Part shown: piece by piece, positions 49,017-59,544 of the stretch
How the letters are laid out: every line of letters starts with the position of its first letter
How positions within the stretch are numbered: position 1 is the stretch's first letter
Assembly: GCA_041577295.1 (NCBI GenBank)
Contig: JBFGJG010000004.1
Coordinates: 1 to 64,000, forward strand
Origin: Gemmatimonadales bacterium
GTDB taxonomy: Bacteria; Gemmatimonadota; Gemmatimonadetes; Gemmatimonadales; GWC2-71-9
DNA length: 64,000 nt
Reading direction: 5' to 3'
The notes under the pieces: generated by a model
What the model was told of the DNA's origin: nothing
What the model saw: the letters and a program-made list of their open reading frames with translations, nothing else
The model's database searches: none
Translations under genes and position numbers: made by a program

Positions 49017-49724
49017 GTGGCCCAACGGCGCCCCACGGGGGAGACCAGCCCCGACAATGTAGAGCAGACCTTTGAGGTCATTGAAGATTCGTTACGTGAT
49101 CTGTGGCGTGTCGTCGATGACCTCTCTCGCATTCGCGCACCCAAGAGCCCGTTTTACCGCGTCACCATCTTCGGCTCCTCACGAATGCAGCCTGGAGAAA
49201 GCCTGTACGGCGAGGTGCGCGACCTCGCGGCAGAGCTGGCGGCCATGGGTTGTGACATCGTCACTGGCGGGGGCCCGGGTCTCATGCAGGCCGCAAACGA
49301 GGGCGAGCGTCTAGGCGACAGAGAAGGTAAGACGCGTTCATATGGCTTGCCGATCGAACTACCAAGCGAGGAACAGGCCAATCCGTTTGTCGAGAAGGTG
49401 TATGTGCATCGAACGTTCTTTACGCGGTTACATCATTTTGTTCGCCTGTCGAATGCATTCATCGTGGTGCGTGGGGGGATCGGGACCACGCTCGAGGCGA
49501 TGATGGTATGGCAGCTCTTACAAGTCCGGCACGTCCAGGACCGACCGTTCGTGATGATTGGAGACATGTGGGAAGGTCTTCGCGACTGGGCGCGAGCGAA
49601 CATGACGGATAACGGTCGGGCCCTCGCCGATGCCCACGACATCACCATTCCCCAATGTGCCAAGACCGTTGCAGACGCCGTCGCGATCATTGGCGAACAC
49701 AAGCGGATATTAGAAACCCGGTAG
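49017..49724 (+). CDS. LOG-family (nucleotide phosphoribohydrolase-like) protein
   Basis: VTIFGSSR, TGGGPGLMQAANEG, EQANPFV, FFTR, GGIGTTLE; start approx. GTG 49017. Confidence 0.9.
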   Translation: MAQRRPTGETSPDNVEQTFEVIEDSLRDLWRVVDDLSRIRAPKSPFYRVTIFGSSRMQPGESLYGEVRDLAAELAAMGCDIVTGGGPGLMQAANEGERLGDREGKTRSYGLPIELPSEEQANPFVEKVYVHRTFFTRLHHFVRLSNAFIVVRGGIGTTLEAMMVWQLLQVRHVQDRPFVMIGDMWEGLRDWARANMTDNGRALADAHDITIPQCAKTVADAVAIIGEHKRILETR

Positions 49725-49750
49725 CAGTCCTTCTAGCCCTTCGCTCTCTT

Positions 49751-51157
49751 CTACTTCAGCTCGAAGGTGTCCCCCCGATCGGGAATCGTCACATCCGGCG
49801 CTCCTTGCTCACGCAGCCCTTCCGCCAGTGCCTCGGCACTGTCCAGTTCACCGTGCACGAGGAAGATGTGCTTGACGTTGCCCTCCTCTTGGGTCTTCCG
49901 CGCCCATCGCAGTAAACCGTTGCGGTCCGCGTGGGCACTGTACCCTTCCGCCTTTTCGATCCTTGCCCGTATGTGATACTTCTCCCCGTAGATCGAGACC
50001 GGATTCCGGCGCTCGAGGATGCGACGTCCCAGGGTGTGCTCTGCTTGGAAGCTCACAAAGAGAACCGTCGTGTTCTTCTCGACCGCGTGGTTCCTGAGAT
50101 GGTGCAGGATGCGTCCACCCTCGCACATGCCCGATGCAGCGATGATGACGGCCGGCTTGTCGAGGTCGTTGAGCCGAATGGACTCTTCCGTGCTGCGCAC
50201 GTACTGCAGCCGTTCGAACCCGAGGGGATCCCGATCCGCTTCATTCATCATCACCTCTTGGTATTCACGATCGTAACACTCCGGGTGGAGTCGGAAGACC
50301 TCGGTCGCATTGATGGCGAGCGGGCTGTCCACGAACACGTCCACACTGGGAAGAGCCTTCTCGTTCCATAGTTGATTGAGCCGGTACACGATTTCCTGGG
50401 TTCGTCCGACCGCGAAGGCCGGGATGAGCAGCTTGCCACGGCTCTCCACGAGAGGCGCGATGGTGCGGCGTAAGAGCTCGGTTGGGTTCCCCTCCGCCTC
50501 GTGCAAGCGTTGGCCGTACGTGCTCTCCATGATTACGTAGTCGGCGCGCTCGGCTGTTTGCGGATTTCGAAGAATAGGCAATCCCTTCCGGCCGATGTCG
50601 CCGGAAAAGACGAGGCGAGAGCGGTGCCCTCCTTCGTTCGCATCCAGCACGACGATTGCCGAGCCGAGAATGTGTCCGGCATCCCGAAACCGTACCTCCA
50701 CCCCCGGCACGGGGTGGAACGGATGATCGTAATCGACGCTGTGGAATCGTTGCAGGATTTCGATGGCGTCGTCTTTGGTATACAACGGCTCGAATGGCGT
50801 CTGCTTTTTCCGGCGTCGCCTCCTATTGACGTACTTGACGTCGTTCTCTTGGATATGCGCCGAGTCCAGCAGCATGTACGTACAGAGATCACGTGTGGCG
50901 GACGTCGAGTAGATGCAACCGTCGAAGCCGTTGCGCGCCAAGGTCGGGAGGTTCCCGCTGTGATCGATATGGGCATGGGATAGGATGACGGCATCGATGC
51001 TCCGCGGATCGATGGGCATCTTGCGATTTCGCTCGAACGCCTCTTTGCGACGACCCTGGAAGAGCCCGCAGTCGAGTAGCAACCGGTGTCCGTTGACCTC
51101 GACGAGATGCATGGATCCCGTCACCGTCCGTGCCGCACCCCAAAACTGCAGTTTCAT
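49751..51157 (-). CDS. MBL-fold beta-CASP ribonuclease-like protein
   Basis: GAARTVTGS, LDCG, SHAHIDH, AGHILG, SGD, ESTYG, PAFAVGR, SGMCEGGR, SAHAD. Confidence 0.94.
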   Translation of the reverse strand: MKLQFWGAARTVTGSMHLVEVNGHRLLLDCGLFQGRRKEAFERNRKMPIDPRSIDAVILSHAHIDHSGNLPTLARNGFDGCIYSTSATRDLCTYMLLDSAHIQENDVKYVNRRRRRKKQTPFEPLYTKDDAIEILQRFHSVDYDHPFHPVPGVEVRFRDAGHILGSAIVVLDANEGGHRSRLVFSGDIGRKGLPILRNPQTAERADYVIMESTYGQRLHEAEGNPTELLRRTIAPLVESRGKLLIPAFAVGRTQEIVYRLNQLWNEKALPSVDVFVDSPLAINATEVFRLHPECYDREYQEVMMNEADRDPLGFERLQYVRSTEESIRLNDLDKPAVIIAASGMCEGGRILHHLRNHAVEKNTTVLFVSFQAEHTLGRRILERRNPVSIYGEKYHIRARIEKAEGYSAHADRNGLLRWARKTQEEGNVKHIFLVHGELDSAEALAEGLREQGAPDVTIPDRGDTFELK

Positions 51158-51300
51158 AGATCTCCCATCGTGACGAGCGCTGGATTATTGAACGTAAAGA
51201 GTAACTCAGTTTCGGCAGGGCGCGAGTCGCGGTCTTGGCCGTGTACTAAACCGAATCGCCGCGACATGCATCTACAGTAGGAACAGACAGAGGTACGTCC

Positions 51301-52089
51301 ATGACCGTGATCGCGCGATTTGCCACCCGACTCCTGCTATGGACGTTTTTGCTCTCGAGCTTCTTCGTGTTGGTCGCTGTGCTCACGGGCGCGGGACTGT
51401 GGGAGGCGCTCACGAGCTTCACCGTGTTGGGCGGGCTGGCGCTGGTACTGGCGGCGTATCCCGCGGGCATCGCGGTTTCGCAGCGTGTCTTTGACGATGG
51501 AAAGATCCGGCTTGGACGGTTCGCCGAGTTTGTCGCGGTGACGGCGAGCTTAGCCGTTGTCCTTCTGGTGCTCGTGGGGTGGGTGGGTCCGAGCATCGCG
51601 CGATCGATCGATCCAAACGTCCCAGACGGCGACTACAATCGGATCGCGAACACGCTGAGCTTGGCGGAATTGCGCAGTACGGCAGCCGCGGCGGTTGCGC
51701 GTGCAGAGTCCGATTCCGAGCACGTGTCGGTCGAGACGTGGCGACCCGCCAACGTGCTTGTCTGGCACTACGTCCGGCGCCTCGCCGGGGTCGCGCAACC
51801 GGTGTTGTTTGCGTGGCTCGGTTTGCTGGCTGGGTTCTGGGCGCCCCGCATCGGGCGCCGCGATCTCACCCAGGCTCAGTATTGGGCGCTCGGGTTGTTT
51901 CTCGTGGTGTCCACCTACCTCGCAGGCGAGAACAGCTACGAGCTCGTCGCGATACAATCGGCGGGACCTGCATTCTTCAGCGGTTGGATGGTACTGATCG
52001 TGCCGACGGTCTTGCTCCTTGGCGTGGGATGGCCTACGCTGATGGCGGTGTGGAGTCGGCGCGAAAGGGTGAGCGACTTATCAGGCTGA
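51301..52089 (+). CDS. Integral membrane protein of unknown function
   Basis: About 6 hydrophobic segments with an extracytoplasmic loop; RBS GAGG; first gene of the ECF unit. Confidence 0.75.
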   Translation: MTVIARFATRLLLWTFLLSSFFVLVAVLTGAGLWEALTSFTVLGGLALVLAAYPAGIAVSQRVFDDGKIRLGRFAEFVAVTASLAVVLLVLVGWVGPSIARSIDPNVPDGDYNRIANTLSLAELRSTAAAAVARAESDSEHVSVETWRPANVLVWHYVRRLAGVAQPVLFAWLGLLAGFWAPRIGRRDLTQAQYWALGLFLVVSTYLAGENSYELVAIQSAGPAFFSGWMVLIVPTVLLLGVGWPTLMAVWSRRERVSDLSG

Positions 52090-52622
52090 GCCGGCAACAG
52101 CTCACGCAGTTTCATGATGGCGATCCAGAGCTCTTTCGCCAACTCGTGGACGGGCTGACTCCTCGTTTATTGGCGTTCGTGCGTCCTTTTGCCACCGATC
52201 AGGACGAGGCGCACGATCTCGTGCAGGACACCTGGCTTCGGGCCTATCAAAAACGTGACACGTTCACGGGCGCAGGGACGGTACTGGGGTGGCTCTACGC
52301 GGTGAGCCGGAACGTGTGCCTCGGCGCACGGCGCCGGGCGGAAGCCAGGCCCGTCACCGAGCGGTCCCGAGAACCCGACATGGCCGCGTCGTCGCCCGAC
52401 GATTTGGCGATGTTGGAGCGCGGGGAGCTGCGGCAGGCCGTGCACGAGGCAATCATGCGGTTGCCGGAGCGCGAACGCGATGTCGTCATTCTCCGACTGT
52501 TGGAGGGTTGGAGTACCAAGGAAGCGGCACAGCACCTGGGGTGCGCCGAGGGGACTGTCAAGGCATCACTCCACCACGCGGTCAAAAAGCTGCAAGTCTC
52601 GATGGAGGCGTGGGTCAAATGA
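52050..52622 (+). CDS. ECF RNA polymerase sigma factor
   Basis: AHDLVQDTW (region 2), GWLYAVSRN, LPERERDV, GTVKASLHHA (region 4); start uncertain. Confidence 0.9.
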   Translation: MESARKGERLIRLSRQQLTQFHDGDPELFRQLVDGLTPRLLAFVRPFATDQDEAHDLVQDTWLRAYQKRDTFTGAGTVLGWLYAVSRNVCLGARRRAEARPVTERSREPDMAASSPDDLAMLERGELRQAVHEAIMRLPERERDVVILRLLEGWSTKEAAQHLGCAEGTVKASLHHAVKKLQVSMEAWVK

Positions 52623-53044
52623 ATCGTTGCCCAGAAACCGATACCGTGCTCTCGATCGGCATCGCGCTCGAATGGGATGACGTCGTCGAACGGTTACAAC
52701 ACCTCGCCGGCTGTCCGCGGTGTCAAGAACGTCTCACGCAGCTGGCAATGGTGCATGAGACGTTGCAGGCGAGGGGGCAGCCACGACCGGGGTTCACCGC
52801 AGCCGTCGTCGAGGCCGTCGCCACCGTTTCGCACCCCAGCGAGCACAGGGCGCCCCGATTAGGGGCGACCGAGCTGCTGAGCCCCATCCTAGCGACCCTG
52901 ACGGCGCTGTTTACGGTTGGGTTAACTGCGGAAGCGTGGTCGATTCAGCCGGGGCCGGGCGTCATCGTCGCCGTGCTACTCGTGGGAAGTGCGACGTTTG
53001 GCTGGAATCGAACGCGGGCACGACGGCATCCCCAGTCTGCGTGA
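52619..53044 (+). CDS. Zinc-binding anti-sigma factor-like membrane protein
   Basis: ATGA overlap with the sigma gene; HLAGCPRC (HxxxCxxC) and two C-terminal TM helices. Confidence 0.78.
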   Translation: MNRCPETDTVLSIGIALEWDDVVERLQHLAGCPRCQERLTQLAMVHETLQARGQPRPGFTAAVVEAVATVSHPSEHRAPRLGATELLSPILATLTALFTVGLTAEAWSIQPGPGVIVAVLLVGSATFGWNRTRARRHPQSA

Positions 53045-56000
53045 CAACATGATCGCGTTTTGTGTGATAGACGGTAACGACCGAGCCTGCTCCTCGCGCC
53101 ACGGCCAGTGCAACGACCTCGCGTTGCTTGGCCGCGGCAAGCACCGGCGTCTCCCAGTTGTGACCGGTGAGTGACACGCTGCGGGGCCGCGCGAACGCCG
53201 TCGTCGGCTGAGCCACGAACGGCTGCGCAATCGATTCCTCCGGAGCACGGAACGTGACAGCCCGTCCCTCTCCGAGGTGGACTGACAACGGGGCCTTCAC
53301 ACCCTGGAGCAGTAGCTCGTCATCCCCTGTGAGCTTCCCGGCGAAGTAATAGTCCGCGAGCACAGCCCGGAGCTTCAAGGTCCGCTGCGCCGCGTGAATC
53401 GCCCAGATCCACGTCGTGGCTTCGCGATCGTTTCCGACACAGATGAAGTGCTCTTGTCCAGCGATTGGGTCGAGACACCAGATATCCAGCGTCGTCAACG
53501 CGAGGGCGACGGAAGCGGAGCCTTCGAGTACGGCGATCTGCGAGAGGGTTGAATAACCCGCCAGGGGGGGCAAGAACAACGGGATTCTATCGAACAGCGA
53601 GAACGTAAACCGGCTCGCAACCACCAGCGCCTCGGGACCGGCGTTCGCGATCAGAGCGTCCAGAAAGAGATCCCGCGGTTCTTCAAATGCCCAGCGGTGC
53701 TCGGTGAAGCCGTTGGTTCCAAAGACCCCGGTGAGCCGCACGCTCTGCGAGGTGCCGAAATCGGTGCTCACGACCTCCCAGCTTCGGCGCCCCACGTTCA
53801 CGCGCAGCGTCGGGAGCTTGAGCCGGGGCAGCGGCTCCCGGTCGACCAACGACGACTCGGGCCATACGCGCAGGCGCTCGAGGACGAGCGCACCGTCACG
53901 CTCGGCCAGGACTGCGAGGATGTCGTCCGTCAGAAACCGCACATCCCACGCCTCGGTGCGGACCAGCGTCCCGTGCTCCGTTTCGATGGCGAACTCGTTC
54001 GGCGCCGTCGCAAACTGGCCCGGGTACTCGTCGTAGGTGACCCGCATGGCGATGCGTCTCCCGGTGGGGGAGAGACGCACGTCGCCAACGCGCATGGGAA
54101 CCTCAACGCTACGCCATGGGCGAAGGTGCACTTGCTCGACCGGGAGCATCGCCTGCCGCCGTACCAGCGGGTCGTCGCCAAAGTGGTCGCGAAACCAGAG
54201 CGTACCGGTCACGAGGAGCAGCGCGGCTCCCCCCAACGCGACCGCTGCGGGGAGGTGAGAGGGGGTGCGGCGCGACACGAAAAGCACGGTTGCCGTTCCG
54301 AGGAGCACCAGCGCCAACCCCACCTCATAACGGGCCCAGAGATGGAGCTCCATTATGGGGAGTGGTGAGCGTATCAACCCGACGCCACGCAATCCATAGA
54401 GCACAGCGAGGGCGGCCAACGCCGCGAGTGTAGCCTTCCACGCCCATGGTGGATCGGTGAGGTGTTTGCGCTTGCGCTCGAGTGCTGCACCGACCAGTGC
54501 GAGCGCCACGGCGACCTTGAGCCCGATGAGCAGGAGCTTGATCTGGCCATCGAACCACAACACATGAGAAGTTCGTAACCCAAGTAACGCGGGTCCCGTT
54601 CCCACGATGCCGGCCGTCCACAGGATCACCCGGGCCGGGCGCAGCAGCACCAAGCCGGCGGCGGCAAACAAGGGGAGCGATTGCGGGGGCAGCAGGGCAG
54701 TAAACAGCGCGATCGCGCCCCAGAAACGGTTCTTGCGGTCGAGGGAGAGCTCCAGGCGGCGCCGATCACTGGCGGTTCTCGACGTGTCCTGCACCTCGAG
54801 CTCGATCCGCTCGAGATTTGCCTTGACGGCGGCGACGGCATCTGCCGGCAGCGGCAGTGTGAGTGAGTACCCCTTGGGGTCCGTGGCGACCAGCCACCGC
54901 CGTGCTCCACGGCCGACCTCCAGGCGGAGATCGGCCAGCTGGCTGTACCGGATCGATCGACAGTCGCGTGCCGTGCGCCAAACGGTGCCGGGATCGAGCT
55001 CCCCCTCGGCGGCGATTCCGCGGAGCCAATGCAGCCGATCCGCTGCCATCACAACGGCCTCGTGCGGATCGGCGATCGAACGAACGGCGATCTCGGTCAC
55101 GGCCGGTCCCTCTACCTTTTGGCCGCGGCTCGTCGCCGCGTCGCGGATGGCGCGGATCCGTCTTGCGAGGCTCGGGTGTGTTTGCTGGTGCTCCGCGCGC
55201 TTCCCCCAACGCCGGGGGACGCGCATCAATTCATGGATCTTGGTGAGCGCGCGAATGAGCGCATCCGGATCGCCGATCAGCTCCAGGGCTCGCAGGTCAC
55301 TCGCGTGTTCATGGGTCTGATTCTTTGACGCGAGAATCAGCAGTGCCAGCAGGCAGAGCACGGGCCACGCCAGGCCGATCAGGCGTCCAATTTCCGTTTG
55401 AGGACCTAGCCAGAATAGCAACGCGATGGCCCCGCCAATCAACAGGAGCAATGCGAGGTCTCGCACTATGAGGCGGCGACGCGTGTAATGCTCGAGATGT
55501 GCGAGCTCGTGGGCGAAGATCGCAGCCGTCTCGTCACCGGTAAGTGATTCCATTAGATCGCGGGTCAACAAAACGGCTGGCTGGTAATGTGAGGGCAGGG
55601 CAAAGGCGTTGACCCAGAATCCGCCTGGGGCCGCGCACGTGAGCACGGCGGGTGCACGGCATCGAGCCCGTGCCGACAGCTCGTCAAGCCGTTCCGTCAG
55701 GTCACCCTGCTGGGCCGGTCGGGCCCCCACCAGCTTGGCGAAGACGAGCGGGCTGGTGTGTATCCAGATCAACATGGCCAGACCGAGGGCGACCCCGGCG
55801 GGGAGGGCCGCTTGTCCCGCCACCGTCATCACGCCCGGCACGATCGCCAGAAGCACCCAAACACCGAGCGCGGCAAACCAAAAACCCAACGTAAAACGCA
55901 AGTATTGGAAGAATGTCCAGCGCTCGTTGAAGACGACGCGCCGAATCCGATACAGCGCCGCCAGAATCACCGTGAACGTGATCGCAACTTTGAGCGATAA

Positions 56001-56198
56001 TAGGGTGGCGCTCACCACCACAGCGAGCATCACGCACACGCCGGCGATCACCCCAAGCCGGTGATGGAACGCTGCGCGCAATTCCGCGAACGCGGGGTCA
56101 TCGACGCGTCCCACGATTCCCACGCTCTCTCGCCAGGCATACGCCGCGGGCACCAGCAGCAGTGCCAGCGAGACGATCTCGCGCAGCAGCTCGATCAT
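52962..56198 (-). CDS. Large membrane M48-family zinc metalloprotease with long C-terminal extension
   Basis: VNAFA, FAHELAH (HExxH), EHASD, THPSLARRI; more TM helices and a beta-rich tail follow; start 56198 or 56246. Confidence 0.85.
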   Translation of the reverse strand: MIELLREIVSLALLLVPAAYAWRESVGIVGRVDDPAFAELRAAFHHRLGVIAGVCVMLAVVVSATLLSLKVAITFTVILAALYRIRRVVFNERWTFFQYLRFTLGFWFAALGVWVLLAIVPGVMTVAGQAALPAGVALGLAMLIWIHTSPLVFAKLVGARPAQQGDLTERLDELSARARCRAPAVLTCAAPGGFWVNAFALPSHYQPAVLLTRDLMESLTGDETAAIFAHELAHLEHYTRRRLIVRDLALLLLIGGAIALLFWLGPQTEIGRLIGLAWPVLCLLALLILASKNQTHEHASDLRALELIGDPDALIRALTKIHELMRVPRRWGKRAEHQQTHPSLARRIRAIRDAATSRGQKVEGPAVTEIAVRSIADPHEAVVMAADRLHWLRGIAAEGELDPGTVWRTARDCRSIRYSQLADLRLEVGRGARRWLVATDPKGYSLTLPLPADAVAAVKANLERIELEVQDTSRTASDRRRLELSLDRKNRFWGAIALFTALLPPQSLPLFAAAGLVLLRPARVILWTAGIVGTGPALLGLRTSHVLWFDGQIKLLLIGLKVAVALALVGAALERKRKHLTDPPWAWKATLAALAALAVLYGLRGVGLIRSPLPIMELHLWARYEVGLALVLLGTATVLFVSRRTPSHLPAAVALGGAALLLVTGTLWFRDHFGDDPLVRRQAMLPVEQVHLRPWRSVEVPMRVGDVRLSPTGRRIAMRVTYDEYPGQFATAPNEFAIETEHGTLVRTEAWDVRFLTDDILAVLAERDGALVLERLRVWPESSLVDREPLPRLKLPTLRVNVGRRSWEVVSTDFGTSQSVRLTGVFGTNGFTEHRWAFEEPRDLFLDALIANAGPEALVVASRFTFSLFDRIPLFLPPLAGYSTLSQIAVLEGSASVALALTTLDIWCLDPIAGQEHFICVGNDREATTWIWAIHAAQRTLKLRAVLADYYFAGKLTGDDELLLQGVKAPLSVHLGEGRAVTFRAPEESIAQPFVAQPTTAFARPRSVSLTGHNWETPVLAAAKQREVVALAVARGAGSVVTVYHTKRDHVVTQTGDAVVPAFDSSQTSHFPRVARRR

Positions 56199-56322
56199 GG
56201 CTCCGAAGATCGGCGACGGGCGGCCCAAGGTTGTGATGGGAGTCACAGGAGAAGTTTCTGGGGCATTCGGTAGGGAGAAAGACTCCTCACTCCTCGCCGC
56301 TCTCTTCCCAGAGCGGCGCGCT

Positions 56323-56360
56323 CTTGCATATTAATGCACACCGCTGTATAAATATGTCCC
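56323..56360 (+). promoter_or_regulatory. Tandem ARG boxes overlapping a sigma70 promoter
   Basis: TGCAT-ATTA-ATGCA (56325-56338) and TGTAT-AAAT-ATGTC (56345-56358); -35 TTGCAT (56324) and -10 TATAAA (56347) with a 17-bp spacer; directly upstream of argR. Confidence 0.85.
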
Positions 56361-56387
56361 TAGAAAGAGAGCTTGGCTGGCATTCGT

Positions 56388-56864
56388 ATGGTGAGCAAGG
56401 CGCAGCGGCACAAGTTGATTCTCGGCATTCTCCAACGGCAGTTGGTGGGCAGTCAGGACGAGCTTGCCGAAGCGTTGGAGGCCCGCGGCGTCTCGGTGAC
56501 CCAGCCCACGCTCTCCCGGGATCTGCGAGAGCTCGAGGTGACCCGGGTGCCCACGCCCCAGGGCTATCGCTATCTGGCCGGTGCGGACCGAGCCCCTAAC
56601 GGCAACGGATCGCCGCTCGCTCCGGAGCGGTTTAAAGAGCTGGCGGCGCTCGAGGTGACCGCCGTGGAGGCCAACGAGATGGTCGTGGCGATTCGCACCA
56701 TCCCCGGCCGGGCGCAGGGCGTTGCCTGGTTTCTCGACTCGCAGGCCATCCCCGAGCTCATGGCCACGATTGCCGGCGATGACACCGTCATCGCGTATCC
56801 CAAACGCTCCAACCAGACCCGCCGTCTCAGGCGCCGCCTGAACAAGCTGCTCGGCGTCGCGTAA
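56388..56864 (+). CDS. argR: Arginine repressor
   Basis: SQDELAEAL, VTQPTLSRDLREL, RTIPGRAQ, TIAGDDT. Confidence 0.95.
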   Translation: MVSKAQRHKLILGILQRQLVGSQDELAEALEARGVSVTQPTLSRDLRELEVTRVPTPQGYRYLAGADRAPNGNGSPLAPERFKELAALEVTAVEANEMVVAIRTIPGRAQGVAWFLDSQAIPELMATIAGDDTVIAYPKRSNQTRRLRRRLNKLLGVA

Positions 56865-56907
56865 CCACCGACGAGATTTCCTAACCCTTTAGAACGAGCT
56901 GACCGAC

Positions 56908-58146
56908 ATGGCCAAGTACGTCCTCGCCTATTCCGGGGGCCTCGACACCTCTGTCATTCTCAAATGGCTCCAAATCACCCACGGAGCCGACGTTGTGACG
57001 GTGACCGCCAATTTGGGACAGAGGCGCGAACTGGTTGGTGTGCAGGCGAAAGCGCTGGCGTGCGGAGCTTCGGCCGCCTACCTGGAGGATCTGCAACAGG
57101 AATTCGTGGAGCAGTACATTTGGCCGGCGTTGAAGGCTGGGGCACTCTATCAAGGGGTGTATCCCATGGCGACGGCTTTGGGCCGTCCGCTCATTGCGAA
57201 GCGCCTCGTGGAGATCGCACGAGAGGTCAAGGCCGACGCCATCGTCCATGGTTGCACGGGCAAGGGTAACGACCAAGTGCGGTTCGAAGTCAGCATTGCG
57301 GCACTGGCCCCCGATCTGACGTGCGTCGCTCCCCTGCGCACGTGGGAGCTCCATAGCCGGGAAGAAGAGATCGCGTGGGCCCGCGCCCATCACATTCCCG
57401 TGAGCGCAACGCAGAAATCACCCTACTCCATCGACGAGAACCTCTGGGGAATGTCGATCGAGGCCGGCCCGCTCGAGGACCCGTGGGCGGAGCCACCGGC
57501 GGATTGTTGGCAGCTCACGGTGGACCCTGACCAGGCTCCCGCGAAACCCGCGGTGGTGACAATCGAGTTTGAGCACGGTGTACCAGTGCGGCTGGACGGG
57601 GAAGTACTTGCCCCGGTTGAGCTGGTCGCTCGACTGGGCGAGTTGGCGGCGGCGCACGGCGTTGGCCGCATCGATATGGTGGAGGATCGATTGGTCGGTA
57701 TCAAATCACGCGAAGTGTATGAAGCACCGGCTGCGGTGGCACTGCACGCCGCCCGCCAGGCCTTGGAACAACTCACGCTCGACCGAGAAACGCGGCGCGT
57801 GTTAGCGAACATGGGACAGGAACTGGCTCGCGTCATCTACGATGGTCTGTGGTTCACCCCAGTGCGAGAGGCCATCGGAGCCTTTGTGGATTCGGCGACC
57901 CACGTCCTCTCGGGCGAGGTCCAGCTCAAACTGCACCGCGGGCGCGCCACCGCAGTCGGTCGCCGCTCGCCACACGCGCTGTACGACCCATCGCTTGCCA
58001 CTTATGGCGATGGCGACACATTCAATCACCAATCGGCGCGGGGCTTCATCGAGGTCTTTGGCCTCGCGGCGCGGATTGCAAGTGGAAAGCGTCGCGCGCA
58101 GCAAGTGAAAGCCCCACAGCCCGGTGTGGAAGAGGTTCTTGTGTGA
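56908..58146 (+). CDS. argG: Argininosuccinate synthase
   Basis: LAYSGGLDTS, HGCTGKGNDQVRF, YSIDENLWG, GIKSREVYEAP. Confidence 0.97.
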   Translation: MAKYVLAYSGGLDTSVILKWLQITHGADVVTVTANLGQRRELVGVQAKALACGASAAYLEDLQQEFVEQYIWPALKAGALYQGVYPMATALGRPLIAKRLVEIAREVKADAIVHGCTGKGNDQVRFEVSIAALAPDLTCVAPLRTWELHSREEEIAWARAHHIPVSATQKSPYSIDENLWGMSIEAGPLEDPWAEPPADCWQLTVDPDQAPAKPAVVTIEFEHGVPVRLDGEVLAPVELVARLGELAAAHGVGRIDMVEDRLVGIKSREVYEAPAAVALHAARQALEQLTLDRETRRVLANMGQELARVIYDGLWFTPVREAIGAFVDSATHVLSGEVQLKLHRGRATAVGRRSPHALYDPSLATYGDGDTFNHQSARGFIEVFGLAARIASGKRRAQQVKAPQPGVEEVLV

Positions 58147-59537
58147 CCGATCTCTGGGGCGGCCGGTTCGCGCAGGATCCGGATGAACGGCTTCGCCGAT
58201 TTACGTCGTCACTGCCCGTCGATCGGCGCTTAGCGCGCTACGACATTGCCGGAAGCAAAGCCCATGCTGCCGCGCTGCGGGACGCCGGGGTGCTCTCACC
58301 GGAGGAGTACGATACGGTCGTCGGCGGCTTCACACGGATCGAATCCGAGGTCGATCAGGGCGAGTTTCCGCCGAGAGATTCCACGCCACTACCCGAAGAT
58401 GTTCACAGCGTACTAGAGAGCCGTCTCGTGAGCATCTGCGGTGAAGTGGGGTACAAGGTGCACGCCGGGCGTAGCCGCAACGACCAGGTGGTGACCGCGG
58501 TATTGCTGTGGCTCAAGGACGCCGGTCGGGAGGTCGAACTCGCGCTTCGCGAGGTGCAGCGATCACTCATTGCCAAGGCGCACGAATACCGTGATCTCGA
58601 GGTATACGCGTACACGCACCTTCAGCGCGCGCAGCCCATTCTGTTGGGGCACCATCTGCACGCTCACTACGAGGCGCTCGAGCGAGACATTGGCCGGCTC
58701 CGCGACGCCGCGCGACGCGCGGACCGGTCTCCGCTGGGAGCGTGCGCCTGTGCTGGTACCTCCATCCCGCTCGACCGTGCCGAGACGGCTCGGCGGCTCG
58801 GCTTCGCCACTGTCGCCGGCAACTCGATTGACGCGGTCTCCGATCGGGACTGGGCCGTGGAGTTGGTCTCGGCGTGCGCGTTGGCCATGGTCCACCTGTC
58901 CCGGCTGGCGGAAGACCTGGTGATCTGGTCGTCGCAGGAGTTCGCCCAAGCGCGGACGGCGGATGCCTGGACTACTGGGTCGTCGGCGCTTCCACAGAAG
59001 CGCAACCCGGACATTGCCGAGTTGGTACGCGGACGGGCGGCACGCGTGATGGGGGATCTGGTGGGGCTCCTGGCCGTCATGAAGGGACTCCCGCTCGCGT
59101 ACAATCGCGATCTGCAAGAGGATAAGGAGCCGCTGTTCAATGCGGTCGACACGACACGGGAATCGGCCCTGGCCCTGGCTGGTGTAGTGGCCCACACCGA
59201 GTTTCGCGCGCCGCGCGAGACGGTGCCCGATTTCGCGACGGCTGTAGACCTGGCCGAAGAGTTGGTCCGGCGCGGCGTTCCGTTTCGGCAGGCGCACCGC
59301 AGGGTTGGGACCCTCGTTCAAAAGTTGGAACGGGACGGCCGCGGGCTCACTGAGACCACGGACGAGGAGTTGGCGCAAATTGGGGTGGACCACACGGTGC
59401 GCTCGCTGCTAACTACAAGGGGCAGCATCGAGGCGAAGCGGACGAGCGGATCTACCGCGCCGGGAGAGGTGGCGAAAGCACTAGAGGAAGCCCGCGCGGC
59501 TCTCGAGCAAGAACGTCCTATAACCTTTGGCAGCTGA
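58143..59537 (+). CDS. argH: Argininosuccinate lyase
   Basis: Start GTG 58143; LWGGRF, HAGRSRNDQ, YTHLQRAQP, GSSALPQKRNPD, YNRDLQEDK. Confidence 0.96.
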   Translation: MTDLWGGRFAQDPDERLRRFTSSLPVDRRLARYDIAGSKAHAAALRDAGVLSPEEYDTVVGGFTRIESEVDQGEFPPRDSTPLPEDVHSVLESRLVSICGEVGYKVHAGRSRNDQVVTAVLLWLKDAGREVELALREVQRSLIAKAHEYRDLEVYAYTHLQRAQPILLGHHLHAHYEALERDIGRLRDAARRADRSPLGACACAGTSIPLDRAETARRLGFATVAGNSIDAVSDRDWAVELVSACALAMVHLSRLAEDLVIWSSQEFAQARTADAWTTGSSALPQKRNPDIAELVRGRAARVMGDLVGLLAVMKGLPLAYNRDLQEDKEPLFNAVDTTRESALALAGVVAHTEFRAPRETVPDFATAVDLAEELVRRGVPFRQAHRRVGTLVQKLERDGRGLTETTDEELAQIGVDHTVRSLLTTRGSIEAKRTSGSTAPGEVAKALEEARAALEQERPITFGS

Positions 59538-59544
59538 GGATTCC

